From a virus, in IMG/VR virus record IMGVR_UViG_3300043540_000091, positions 32,001 through 96,000 of that record: a DNA stretch of 64,000 bases, one strand, 5' to 3'. Below the pieces are notes generated by a model, which did not search any database, was not told the DNA's origin, and saw nothing but the letters and a program-made list of their open reading frames with translations. A program made the position numbers and the translations under genes. How positions within the stretch are numbered: position 1 is the stretch's first letter; the number at the start of each line of letters is the position of its first letter. Below, piece after piece: positions 17,358-26,289 of this stretch.

Positions 17358-18266
17358 TCATAGCATGCCGCCGTCCGGTCCAGAATCGTTTGGTCCAGTG
17401 ACTCCGCCAACGGGAGGAGCGCCTTGGAATCGCTGGTCCATGATATGCTGGTTCGGATCTCGGTTTTGGTCGCTAAGTACGTGTTCTCTAATGACTAATG
17501 CCTGAAACGGTGTACGCTGAAGCTTGCGATTGAAGGTTTCAGGATCGGTGACCTGCGAAACCCTGATCTCGTGGAGCATCCGCGCTACGATGAAGTACGG
17601 GGTATACCGGTATCGGATGGAATATACCGTACCACGGCCAAGCTTCTCGTTGAATCCTGGTCGGTCCTGGCTGATCCACTTGATGAAGCCTTCCTTGGTG
17701 ATCTCGAAGTGCGTTCCTTCCTTGTATTCCTTGCCGTCCGCGTCGATTAGGTGCTCGACGCAGGTCGCTGGATACTGAAGCTTGTCTACTCCGGTCGTGT
17801 TCGCTTCGACATACTGGAAGGCGATGACTCGGACCTCGATATCTTTGAGGTAGAATCGGTCCCACGGTGCTAGAAGAACTTCCTTGTCTGGGCAGTTCTC
17901 GTACCATAGCTGGCTCGTCACTATCGCGACGTCGTGTTTGGTCATACCCTCGACCTCTACGTTCCAGTCGGACGTATTCTGGCTAAACCACAGAGTCAGT
18001 TCGCCTACCTCCTTGTAGATGAAGCCGTCAGACGACTGGCGTTTAGACTGGACAGCATGAACGTCGCCGATGGATGCCATGCCTGACGGATCTGGTATCG
18101 CACGCATGTGGATGACTTTGACGCCCTGACCTCTGATCAGACTCTCGAATGCTTCCATGTCGAAGGACTGCTGGAACTCGCCGAGCTTGAAGATTTGCTG
18201 CATCGCATCGGTCGGCTTGGAGGCCCTGGCTCGCGGACCGCCGCGACGTTTAGGATTGTCAGCCAT
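17358..18266 (-). CDS. putative neck / head-closure protein
   Basis: ATG 18266 with AGGAGG RBS; FESLIRGQGVKVIHMRAIPDP...DGFIY...YSIRY pattern resembles SPO1-like neck proteins. Confidence 0.55.
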   Translation of the reverse strand: MADNPKRRGGPRARASKPTDAMQQIFKLGEFQQSFDMEAFESLIRGQGVKVIHMRAIPDPSGMASIGDVHAVQSKRQSSDGFIYKEVGELTLWFSQNTSDWNVEVEGMTKHDVAIVTSQLWYENCPDKEVLLAPWDRFYLKDIEVRVIAFQYVEANTTGVDKLQYPATCVEHLIDADGKEYKEGTHFEITKEGFIKWISQDRPGFNEKLGRGTVYSIRYRYTPYFIVARMLHEIRVSQVTDPETFNRKLQRTPFQALVIREHVLSDQNRDPNQHIMDQRFQGAPPVGGVTGPNDSGPDGGML

Positions 18267-18753
18267 CTTGGTCCTCCTTGAGGTCCTCGCAGTCTTGAGC
18301 AAGAGTCACCGGACTGGAAAGAGATGTGTCTCTCACCATGGCATACCGTGAAACTGTTCCGGACTTGAGTTCTTCCATTAGGTCAGACTTTCGCATGACT
18401 TCAATGGAACCCTTATTGATGTCGTATACCATGTAGACTCCGGTCTTGTCACCGTTTGTTGACAGCGGAGTCAGGATCGCATTGCGCATCCTCTGGAACA
18501 GCTCTCCTTCTGACTTGGTAAGATCTTCAGACTTATGGAAGTCTTCCTTCCACTTGATGTCATGCTTCTTGCTGGCAAGGTACTTGGCGATGGCGCGGTG
18601 AGGAGCCGCTCCAATCGACGAGATGGAACCATCCTCGTCCTTCATGAAGAACGCGTGCAGGCCGCCCTTGGTAGCGATATACACCACCGGCTTCCCATCG
18701 GTTGTCTTGCCAGCTATAGCCTTCTTTTCGATCTGATCAGAGCTGATCTTCAT
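18259..18753 (-). CDS. hypothetical virion-region protein
   Basis: 164 aa, translationally coupled; FHKSEDLTKSE motif. Confidence 0.7.
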   Translation of the reverse strand: MKISSDQIEKKAIAGKTTDGKPVVYIATKGGLHAFFMKDEDGSISSIGAAPHRAIAKYLASKKHDIKWKEDFHKSEDLTKSEGELFQRMRNAILTPLSTNGDKTGVYMVYDINKGSIEVMRKSDLMEELKSGTVSRYAMVRDTSLSSPVTLAQDCEDLKEDQDG

Positions 18754-19790
18754 TACTTCCTCTCATTGGCGGTCTTTACGTTGTCCGCCAGCTTCTGCAT
18801 AGAAGACTTCATCGAGTCGGGCTTGACTTCATCCAGCTTCTCGTCGCGTATCCGGCCTGGATCTGGCTGAAAGTTAGAAGAGCGCATCGGATCTTCTGTG
18901 ATCTCATCTTCTCTTCGCTTGTACCAGTTCTTTACCCTCATCTTGAAGTCTTCAGATTCCACTTCAGGCATCGACTTCGACAGTCCTGTAGGTTTCCTGA
19001 ATGGATTGAGCTGGCTTATGGCGGTGAACTTATTTACATAATCGCTGCTGGACAGCTTATCCTTGGTGATGTCGCGTGGCATCAGATTGTGGCCATGCAG
19101 CCACGCATACGCAGCTCTCTGCAGGTTACCACCCTGTCTCCTTATCACATGCTGAGCAAGCCTCCTGGCCAACCCAAGCTCGATCTGCGGATTCTTCTTG
19201 AAGTGCTCGTCCAGCTGGTCGCGCGACATGTTCTCCAGCTTCGCATACTCTGGAGTCAAAGATCCGTCCATGCGCATCCTGCCAACGAGTTCCTTTACGG
19301 TAGGCTTGAGCAATCCCCACTTGCCAACCGCTCTCATCCCCTTGAACTTGCCAGATCTGATCGGTTTGTGATTGACGTTGTTGCCTCCAGAAGATTCGAT
19401 CTGCTGGATGTTCCAAAGGAAGCTGTCGCTCGGATGACTGCCGAAGTCATCTTTGGGAGCTTCTGCCTGGACAGGAGTTGCATGCATCGAAGGAGATACC
19501 ATAGGATGCGGAGCTTGTGTAACGGAAGGAACTGAAGAAGCCAGGGCAATGCCGAGTGCCGCAGCCTTGGATCTGAGAGACTTCGATATCTCGGCGTCTT
19601 CAACCCAAGACCTCATGTTGTGGCCATCTAAGTATTCAGCAATGCACTGTACTGCCTCTTTGAGAGTACTGCAGCCCATGGCGATGTCTTCGGCCATCGG
19701 GAAATGCATGTAGACCTGCGCCAGATCCTCGACATCGGAGATCTTGTACCACTGGCGTTCTCCTGGCGCGAACTCAACATACAAAATCAT
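18753..19790 (-). CDS. protein with internal lysozyme-like / lytic transglycosylase domain
   Basis: IQQIESSGG (catalytic Glu), AVGKWGL, AAYAWLHG motifs. Confidence 0.75.
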   Translation of the reverse strand: MILYVEFAPGERQWYKISDVEDLAQVYMHFPMAEDIAMGCSTLKEAVQCIAEYLDGHNMRSWVEDAEISKSLRSKAAALGIALASSVPSVTQAPHPMVSPSMHATPVQAEAPKDDFGSHPSDSFLWNIQQIESSGGNNVNHKPIRSGKFKGMRAVGKWGLLKPTVKELVGRMRMDGSLTPEYAKLENMSRDQLDEHFKKNPQIELGLARRLAQHVIRRQGGNLQRAAYAWLHGHNLMPRDITKDKLSSSDYVNKFTAISQLNPFRKPTGLSKSMPEVESEDFKMRVKNWYKRREDEITEDPMRSSNFQPDPGRIRDEKLDEVKPDSMKSSMQKLADNVKTANERK

Positions 19791-21625
19791 GCAGCTCCTC
19801 TCTGGCCAGCTATCCTGCTACGGTAGGATTCAGCCCAAGATTTGAGCATCTCCTTCTTGTCTTCCGGCATTTCGTCGATGGCGTTGGCGATGGCTTCCAT
19901 GTGAGGGACTTTGTACACCGGATTGTTGTCCTTGTCATAGCCCTTCATCTCCCAGAAATGCCGAAGCATCCGGTTCTTTGGATCTACGTCTGGGTTGGAC
20001 CGAACGGCTTCAGTCTCCATGTAAGGATTGCCAGCCAGAGACTTGAACGCAGAGGCCGCTTCCTCCGGAGTCATGCTGTCCAAGATGTTCTCGAGCGCAG
20101 ACCTCAGCATGTGAGTCTGGTTGTAGGTAAGATTCGGCTTGCGGTTCACCATGTCGGCGATTGCAAACATAGCGTCGCGCTTGTCTTTAGGAAGTGAGCG
20201 TATGGACTTGGCGCTGATCCGAGGAGTCTCCGGCTTCTTGATCCTGGCCGACTCAAAGGTGTTTCCCAGTGACTCTTGGTTGTACATGTGATCTGAGTCA
20301 GGATCTGCAGCCATCGACTTGGCCCACTGGTCCATCTTATGCCAACGGTCCATGAAGTTGCTACGGATGTGCTTGCGAAGAGTCTCGTCCTTGACTGAGC
20401 TGAGTTGATTCTCCATCTCGTCTCTGATGTTGCCGCCGTTGCCGTTCCACCAGTCGACGAGATCTTGGTGAGAATGCCAACCGCCGCCTGCCGAGTTCTG
20501 AGCGTGGTTCAGGACAGAGCCTTTTATGTAAGCCCAAGGCGTTTCCTTGTCCAGCGGAGACTGATCGGCTGCGCCGCCGAACATCATTCGCTGCCTGCGA
20601 TTCATGGCAGAGTCTTTGATTGGCTTATGGTACTGGAAGTTGCGTTCATGGTCGATGGCTAAGACAGGATCGTATCCGCGAGCATCGCTGTGACTGCCTA
20701 CCATCAAGTTACCCTGGTGCCGATCGAGATTGTTCGCGAGGTAGTCCATGACTCCGATCTTATGCACGTCAGAAGGATTCACAGTTCTCTCGATCCGGTA
20801 TCCACCGCGCGGCTGCCACACCATCAGAGAGCCTATCGGCTTATGGTCCTTGGCGAACTTGTGCACGGTCAAAGGGACTCCTTCATGTTCATGAGCAGAG
20901 ACGTCTTCCGCCAGGTGACCGATCTTGCCAGCGTTGAAGAGTACCTTCGTCGCCATTGTTGCCCAGCCGGTGATCGGAGCTTTAACCCAGCTCTTGGTGT
21001 GATACTCAAGCTTCTTATGGTACGGCTTGGCCATGTAGATGTCGGTATACACCGGCGGCTTGTGTACAGGACGAACCATCTTGGCAGAGATACCTCCGAT
21101 CGAGTCATCGTCGTGAGCGGCTACCTTCTCTGGGCTCGCCAATAGCTTGCCGTAGTCAGCGTGCACGGGAAACTGTTTCAGGTGTGCGGCATGGTCCACA
21201 GTCAGGTGCGCGTCGGGATGCTGCTTCTTTGCTACGCGATTCCAGTCCTTCGCCTTGACTGCCTTCGAGAGGTCGCTGAGAGACAGTCCATTGAGATAGC
21301 CGGTAGTCTCAGAAGCAAGGCGCTCGCATGACTTTCTAAGCATACACTTCTCGAAGTTCGATCCTACCTGATGGTTTATCTCCTGGGCAAACTTGGGATC
21401 GGTAAGATAGGACTCTACGAAACGTAGAACATCCATGCCCTTTGACATCCGCTTCATGATGGAAGGCGACTTCGACTTCACGAGAGCGGCGAATGCGTCT
21501 GCGGCTTCCTGTCCAAGCTCAGACGACAAGGCTTCGACGAACGCATCTACGCGCACGACCTCCGGAGATCCTGTTTTCTCTAGGCGGTCATATCGTCTGT
21601 CGAGCCAGCGTCTGATCTTACCCAT
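19787..21625 (-). CDS. PI3/4-kinase / HipA-like kinase domain protein
   Basis: YMAKP, MDYLANNLDRHQGNLMV, LAIDHERNF. Confidence 0.8.
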   Translation of the reverse strand: MGKIRRWLDRRYDRLEKTGSPEVVRVDAFVEALSSELGQEAADAFAALVKSKSPSIMKRMSKGMDVLRFVESYLTDPKFAQEINHQVGSNFEKCMLRKSCERLASETTGYLNGLSLSDLSKAVKAKDWNRVAKKQHPDAHLTVDHAAHLKQFPVHADYGKLLASPEKVAAHDDDSIGGISAKMVRPVHKPPVYTDIYMAKPYHKKLEYHTKSWVKAPITGWATMATKVLFNAGKIGHLAEDVSAHEHEGVPLTVHKFAKDHKPIGSLMVWQPRGGYRIERTVNPSDVHKIGVMDYLANNLDRHQGNLMVGSHSDARGYDPVLAIDHERNFQYHKPIKDSAMNRRQRMMFGGAADQSPLDKETPWAYIKGSVLNHAQNSAGGGWHSHQDLVDWWNGNGGNIRDEMENQLSSVKDETLRKHIRSNFMDRWHKMDQWAKSMAADPDSDHMYNQESLGNTFESARIKKPETPRISAKSIRSLPKDKRDAMFAIADMVNRKPNLTYNQTHMLRSALENILDSMTPEEAASAFKSLAGNPYMETEAVRSNPDVDPKNRMLRHFWEMKGYDKDNNPVYKVPHMEAIANAIDEMPEDKKEMLKSWAESYRSRIAGQRGAA

Positions 21626-21626
21626 G

Positions 21627-22520
21627 TTACACGTTTGAACTGAATAGGTTGTTCCCGAACATGGTCTTGAGCTGCTTCACGATGTCCTTATATCGGGTAT
21701 CCAGAGCCTGCCTCTTGTCCTGCAGAAGCTCGATCATCCGATCGTTGATGGACTGGCTCAGGCCGTCGATGGACATGGACTGCGATGCGGTCCTGAACAG
21801 CGGCAAGAGAAGATCGCAAGCGTAGATCGCGGCCATCGAACCGATAGCCTCGTTGACGACGACAGGTACGGTCCCGTCCTCGCACATCAGGCCGGTCTCG
21901 CACTCCACCGTCCAGTAGGCCGGTACCCAGCCCTGCTGACCGATGAACTGAAGTATCGTCGCGCCAGCCGCGCCAGTGGCGTTGGCCGTTCCAAGCGCCG
22001 TGAATGCCGGTGACAGCGGGTTCACGTTCAGGTAGCCACGGACGGCATTGCCCATCTCGATCCAGTCGGCTGGAATGCGATAGATCTCCCCGCCGGACGG
22101 AAACTGCTTGTTGGCTTCCAGGTTACCCTGATCGTCCACTACTTCGGTGTAGTTCGAGGATACGATAGCCATGCGGATCACGCGTCGGATCGGCTTGAAG
22201 GGGATCTCGAGGAAGATGTGCTGGTTGTAGAGGTTCGGATCGAATGCCAGCCTATGACGCAGGACCTTGGTCTGTACCAAGGCCTTGGTATCCAGCTGAA
22301 ACTTCGCCAAGCCACGTTTGATAAAATCCTCAAGATCCTCAGGAGTTAGCTTCTCCTTAGTAATCGGAGATACCAGAGGAATACCGAACAAGAATCGACG
22401 GGCCATCTTATTGCCGTCGAGCATCGGCTCAAGTTCGGCGTATAGACCGGTTCCGTCTATCGCACGCTCTGGGAACACTGCGCCTGTTGGCTTCTTAGCC
22501 TTTGAAAAGTCTGAACTCAT
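21627..22520 (-). CDS. putative head-tail adaptor / head completion protein
   Basis: FLFGIPL...SQSMSIDGLSQS pattern of SPO1-like head completion proteins; synteny. Confidence 0.6.
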   Translation of the reverse strand: MSSDFSKAKKPTGAVFPERAIDGTGLYAELEPMLDGNKMARRFLFGIPLVSPITKEKLTPEDLEDFIKRGLAKFQLDTKALVQTKVLRHRLAFDPNLYNQHIFLEIPFKPIRRVIRMAIVSSNYTEVVDDQGNLEANKQFPSGGEIYRIPADWIEMGNAVRGYLNVNPLSPAFTALGTANATGAAGATILQFIGQQGWVPAYWTVECETGLMCEDGTVPVVVNEAIGSMAAIYACDLLLPLFRTASQSMSIDGLSQSINDRMIELLQDKRQALDTRYKDIVKQLKTMFGNNLFSSNV

Positions 22521-22927
22521 TAGCAGAAGAACCTTCCAGAATCTGCATCAGAAGCGATGAGCCTGCCGTCCAGCAGGAGGGTTTCGGACAGTCCGCCATC
22601 AGTCAGGACTGCAGTCACTGAGCCAGATATCGACTCGGTGGACAGCAGGGTGACCTTGAATATCGACCGATCGTCCGTTGGGTACACCATGATTCCAGAC
22701 CTGGTTATGACTCCGGCCTGGTCTATATTATCGAACGTGAACCGGAGAGTAGCGCCAGAACTTGGCAGCCACCTTTGAAGATCATCTCCAGGGCTGGCAT
22801 CGGCTGGCACCTGTATGATCTGAAAGTACAGGTCCTGCTGCGATCCGTTCACATGCTCGAATCTATCGACAGGACGGAACGTATTAAAACCCTTTACGTT
22901 TTCGAGTAAGCGGAGCATACGCTTCAT
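22520..22927 (-). CDS. putative virion structural protein
   Basis: 135 aa, beta-rich, GGGAGG RBS, first gene after a late motif. Confidence 0.65.
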   Translation of the reverse strand: MKRMLRLLENVKGFNTFRPVDRFEHVNGSQQDLYFQIIQVPADASPGDDLQRWLPSSGATLRFTFDNIDQAGVITRSGIMVYPTDDRSIFKVTLLSTESISGSVTAVLTDGGLSETLLLDGRLIASDADSGRFFC

Positions 22928-22957
22928 GTCAGGACCTCCCTACAGGCGCTGATCTGA

Positions 22958-22965
22958 AGATTAGG
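22958..22965 (-). promoter_or_regulatory. putative late promoter CCTAATCT
   Basis: Exact 8-mer where the structural run resumes after the inserted non-structural block. Confidence 0.7.
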
Positions 22966-22998
22966 CTCGATAATGACCTCATTTAACTTCTCGTATTG

Positions 22999-23265
22999 TC
23001 AGGATAATGAAGGATCTTCGGAGTCGTCGACTTCGAGGTCGCTCAAGCTCAACCCGAACTCTCGGGCCATCTCGTTCATGTGGCGGTTGGCTTCTGCAAG
23101 GTCAGCCTGGACTCTTGCGTCCCTCTCCATCAGTGCGGTGAAGATGGTCAGGACCTGCTCGAAGGAACCGATATGTATGTCACTCGACTTCTGCTGTGGC
23201 CGCATAGACTTGAGGTGCTCGACAAGCCGCTCTTCGATCTTCTTGAAGAATACCTTCGCCGTCAT
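22999..23265 (-). CDS. hypothetical protein
   Basis: 88 aa, GGAGG RBS, ATGA overlap. Confidence 0.65.
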   Translation of the reverse strand: MTAKVFFKKIEERLVEHLKSMRPQQKSSDIHIGSFEQVLTIFTALMERDARVQADLAEANRHMNEMAREFGLSLSDLEVDDSEDPSLS

Positions 23266-23555
23266 ACATCATCCTCCAGCATAATTTCCCGCGAATCATC
23301 GTTGATCTTTTCCAGACTCAGAGTGATGGCTTCCACGCAGTTTCCGCCGCTGTTCCGAGGGGTAACCCACAATGCTTGGCCGGTACCGATCGCGATCGAT
23401 TCGGCATATCCACGCGAGGCTATGAAGCACTTCCACACTGGACCTTCGATGACGACGAATCCACCGACAAGCTCTCCGCGCTGGTTTAGGATCGGGAACG
23501 ATTCGTTGGCCGGAGACCAATACCCATTGAAGAACGTGGTGAACGAACGTGTCAT
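23262..23555 (-). CDS. hypothetical protein
   Basis: In-frame ATG 23555 within ORF 23262..23708, ATGA-coupled on both sides. Confidence 0.55.
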   Translation of the reverse strand: MTRSFTTFFNGYWSPANESFPILNQRGELVGGFVVIEGPVWKCFIASRGYAESIAIGTGQALWVTPRNSGGNCVEAITLSLEKINDDSREIMLEDDV

Positions 23556-23788
23556 AAGTCCTTCTTCTCCTCTTCGATGATCCTCTCCTCTACCACTTCC
23601 ATTCCATGCTCGCAAACCCAAAGACCAGCGAGGTTCATCGCCAGCGCGATCAGCATCTTCGTCATGTCGGCCTGAAGATTGTGCAGTATCATGAGCGAGA
23701 TGCAGCAAGCAAAGATCGAGATCCGCGCGACAACGCGCGACACCTTGAACCAGGCTCGAGTGAACTTCAAGTAGCTAAGGAGCTTCAT
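23552..23788 (-). CDS. small membrane protein (two TM helices)
   Basis: ATG 23788 after GGAGG; two hydrophobic stretches. Confidence 0.6.
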   Translation of the reverse strand: MKLLSYLKFTRAWFKVSRVVARISIFACCISLMILHNLQADMTKMLIALAMNLAGLWVCEHGMEVVEERIIEEEKKDL

Positions 23789-24296
23789 ATTTCCTCCGGA
23801 AACGAGCATCGAGTTCCTGCCGCTTCAGTCTTATCTGTTTCTCTGTCGGCATTTTCCCAGTCATCCAGATGCGCTTGTAAACCCAAAGGTCAAGCTTCTT
23901 GCGCGACTTGAACTTCCAGATCGGTATCGTGAGCTGCAGCTCTCTGAAGATGCGTTCCTGGTACTTCGCGTCGGACTTCTCCATCTCATAGATGAGACGG
24001 TTGTGTTCCTTGGTAGCTTCCCCGTTTGCGTCAGCTTCAAGGGCGCGGTCGATATGTATCGGAGTCTTCTTGTCTGCCGCGATCCAGGCCATGTGATGGG
24101 CAAACTCGTGAACAAGATCCAGGATGATGCCAGTCTTTGACCTCTGAGCCCAGAGGTAGACGGTGATCTCGCTTCCGTCCGTAGACCACTCGGCGGCTGT
24201 TACCTGTCCGCGTTCGTACTTCTTCCACAGGATCTTGATACCAAGGCCAGCGGCGTACTTCTCCAGGCGGTCAATTTCTTTGTCGCGGATTCTCAT
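23775..24296 (-). CDS. HEXXH zinc metallopeptidase (ImmA/IrrE-like)
   Basis: LVHEFAHH followed by EME..DA. Confidence 0.65.
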   Translation of the reverse strand: MRIRDKEIDRLEKYAAGLGIKILWKKYERGQVTAAEWSTDGSEITVYLWAQRSKTGIILDLVHEFAHHMAWIAADKKTPIHIDRALEADANGEATKEHNRLIYEMEKSDAKYQERIFRELQLTIPIWKFKSRKKLDLWVYKRIWMTGKMPTEKQIRLKRQELDARFRRKYEAP

Positions 24297-24302
24297 GAAA
24301 CA

Positions 24303-24311
24303 ATAATAGCA
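24303..24311 (-). promoter_or_regulatory. extended -10 promoter TGCTATTAT, 6 nt before ATG (leaderless)
   Basis: TGn-TATTAT-N6-ATG 24296, no SD. Confidence 0.5.
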
Positions 24312-24312
24312 C

Positions 24313-24340
24313 AAAAGCCCACCTTTTACAGTGGGCCTTT
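24313..24340 (-). terminator. rho-independent terminator
   Basis: Minus strand GCCCAC-loop-GTGGGC followed by TTTT, just downstream of the 24349 stop. Confidence 0.7.
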
Positions 24341-24348
24341 GGTCTAGT

Positions 24349-24618
24349 CTAGTTACCTTTCGGAGCTTCGATCTGGACCGAGGTCGGTGCCGTCCAGCCA
24401 GGAGCTTCCTTGGCGACGTGGGAGAGCCAGATCTTCCCTGACATCACTTCCGTGGCCAGCTGCATCGCAGCAACGAGTCCCATCTGATTTCCAGGGTAGG
24501 GGTTGGTCTCAACCAACCCGCCCTTCTGCATCGAGATATAGACTCGGTACCCAACCGCAGGATCTAAGACCACTTGAACCAGCTCGTGGTTCACGATCGT
24601 CTTGTTCTTGGTTTTCAT
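24349..24618 (-). CDS. hypothetical protein
   Basis: 89 aa, GGAGG RBS, ATGA overlap. Confidence 0.65.
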   Translation of the reverse strand: MKTKNKTIVNHELVQVVLDPAVGYRVYISMQKGGLVETNPYPGNQMGLVAAMQLATEVMSGKIWLSHVAKEAPGWTAPTSVQIEAPKGN

Positions 24619-25580
24619 TGTGCACCTCCAGCAGCCATCGTAGTGGCAACGCTCATCGCGCGAGCGTTGATGTCCTTTGACTGACCGAACCAGAGGCTGT
24701 CGAAGCGCTTGTCAGCATTGTCCTTCGCCTCGTAGCTGAGGTACTGGGTTACTCCGTTGTAGAGTCCCCACATCGTACCGCCAACACCTTTGATGTCAGC
24801 TCCGAATCCAGTCTCGAACAACCGGCGGATATCCTCAGTAATCGCATGCAAGCGAGTCTGTTGACGCTCGGTGATCTCCTGCTCGGTGACGTTCGGGTAG
24901 AACACCAGGTGAACGTATTTCTTGAGATCGGCTTCCTTGACTCCCATGCGAACCATCGCCTTGAAGCGCTCACCGGAAGCTTCAAACTGCTGATTCGCAG
25001 TGTTTACCATCTCTTGGATGTTCTCGAGAGCCAGCTCGATCTTCTTGGTGTGGCGTACGCGTAGCAACGCACTGTCCGTCGCGCCGATCGCTGCAGCGAG
25101 AGTGTTCGCGCATACGACGCGGATCGGAGTGAAGCCAACCTGAGCGGAGGCCATACCGTCGTGACGGTTCGTGAGGAGGATGTACTTGCGAACCTCGTCG
25201 CCCTTGACGATCGTCATCGGATCGCGGTTGAGCTGAGCGAGAACCCAGATCTTCCTGCCGTTGTCCAACGAACCAGCGGTCTCGAGGGAGACTTCACCAG
25301 ACTGAATGAAGGGCTCGAAGAACTCAAACGCTTTGGCGTTCTGAAGAGGATGATACTTGCTTCCGACTTCTCCCAGGATGGAGTTGTCGGTTTCACGAAC
25401 AACAACTTGTCCTTGGAGCTTGCGGCCATCGGCCATAAAAGTGGGCTCCATGCGAACGGTCCAGTTGAGACCTGCTTGGACGATTCCTTCTGCGATTGAC
25501 GGTGCATCCTGAACGATCTTGCCCAGCTGATGCCAGGGAACTTCTTTGACGCTGAACATGTTTTCAACTTCGTGTGCCAT
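24615..25580 (-). CDS. DUF932 / LGT_TIGR03299-family phage-plasmid protein
   Basis: MAHEVENMFSVKEVPWHQLG, ETAGSLDNGRKIW, NRHDG, TPIRVVCANTL, GTMWGLYNGVT. Confidence 0.9.
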   Translation of the reverse strand: MAHEVENMFSVKEVPWHQLGKIVQDAPSIAEGIVQAGLNWTVRMEPTFMADGRKLQGQVVVRETDNSILGEVGSKYHPLQNAKAFEFFEPFIQSGEVSLETAGSLDNGRKIWVLAQLNRDPMTIVKGDEVRKYILLTNRHDGMASAQVGFTPIRVVCANTLAAAIGATDSALLRVRHTKKIELALENIQEMVNTANQQFEASGERFKAMVRMGVKEADLKKYVHLVFYPNVTEQEITERQQTRLHAITEDIRRLFETGFGADIKGVGGTMWGLYNGVTQYLSYEAKDNADKRFDSLWFGQSKDINARAMSVATTMAAGGAQ

Positions 25581-25614
25581 TTTTGACTCCTTGAGAGTAG
25601 TTGGTTACAGACTC

Positions 25615-25643
25615 AGTGTAACCCGACCTCAGTCCAGAGTCAA
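25615..25643 (-). promoter_or_regulatory. sigma70-like early promoter TTGACT-N17-TACACT
   Basis: Near-consensus with AT-rich upstream sequence, before the DUF932 gene. Confidence 0.7.
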
Positions 25644-25710
25644 AAATCTTTTATGAGATTCTCGTATTACGAATCATGATATGTAATAAACCAATCTTAT
25701 CACATACTTA

Positions 25711-26289
25711 TCACATACTTAGCATCTTCTCCGCGCATCTCACCATGAGATGTGTATCACCTTTGGCCGTGTGCAGGTCTTTAGGATCGGCGTGGACTCC
25801 CAGGAAGTTGGCCAGCGTCTCGAGCTTGAAGCGGGTATTCCACGGGAGCTTGCCGGTCACCTTACGCTCGCGAGCCATGCATGACGTATCAAGAACTCCG
25901 CCGTAGTCTGTGAATCGGTTGAAGATGTCGGGCCTCAGGATGTTGTTCACGACGAAGCTCCTGTCAAAGGCCTCGTTGTGTCCCATCCGCACGAGTCTGT
26001 TAGATCCGTTGCCGGATTCCTCCTTGAGGAAGTTGAAGAGTTCTATCGCGGCATCGTCGAGGCTTCTTGCAACGGCGTCGTGCTTGACGAGATCGATGCG
26101 ATTCACCTTCATGGCCTCAGCCGTCACGACGTATACGCCATCATGAGGCTTTAGCTTCAGGTCGATCTCGTTCAGCAACTTGAACTTGCCGTTCTCGAGA
26201 GAGAACGTGGCGGCATAGTAGGTCAGCAGCATGTGCTTACTCGGATCTGTGCCGCCGGTCTCGCAATCATGCGCGTAGAACTTGTCCAC
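25711..26289 (-). CDS. DEDDh 3'-5' exonuclease
   Basis: HDCETGG, GHNEAFD, LDT, HTAKGD. Confidence 0.9.
   Translation of the reverse strand: MDKFYAHDCETGGTDPSKHMLLTYYAATFSLENGKFKLLNEIDLKLKPHDGVYVVTAEAMKVNRIDLVKHDAVARSLDDAAIELFNFLKEESGNGSNRLVRMGHNEAFDRSFVVNNILRPDIFNRFTDYGGVLDTSCMARERKVTGKLPWNTRFKLETLANFLGVHADPKDLHTAKGDTHLMVRCAEKMLSM

Noticed and set aside
17744-17751. CCTAATCG near-match to the late motif
   Set aside because: One mismatch, mid-gene and far from any start codon; likely chance.
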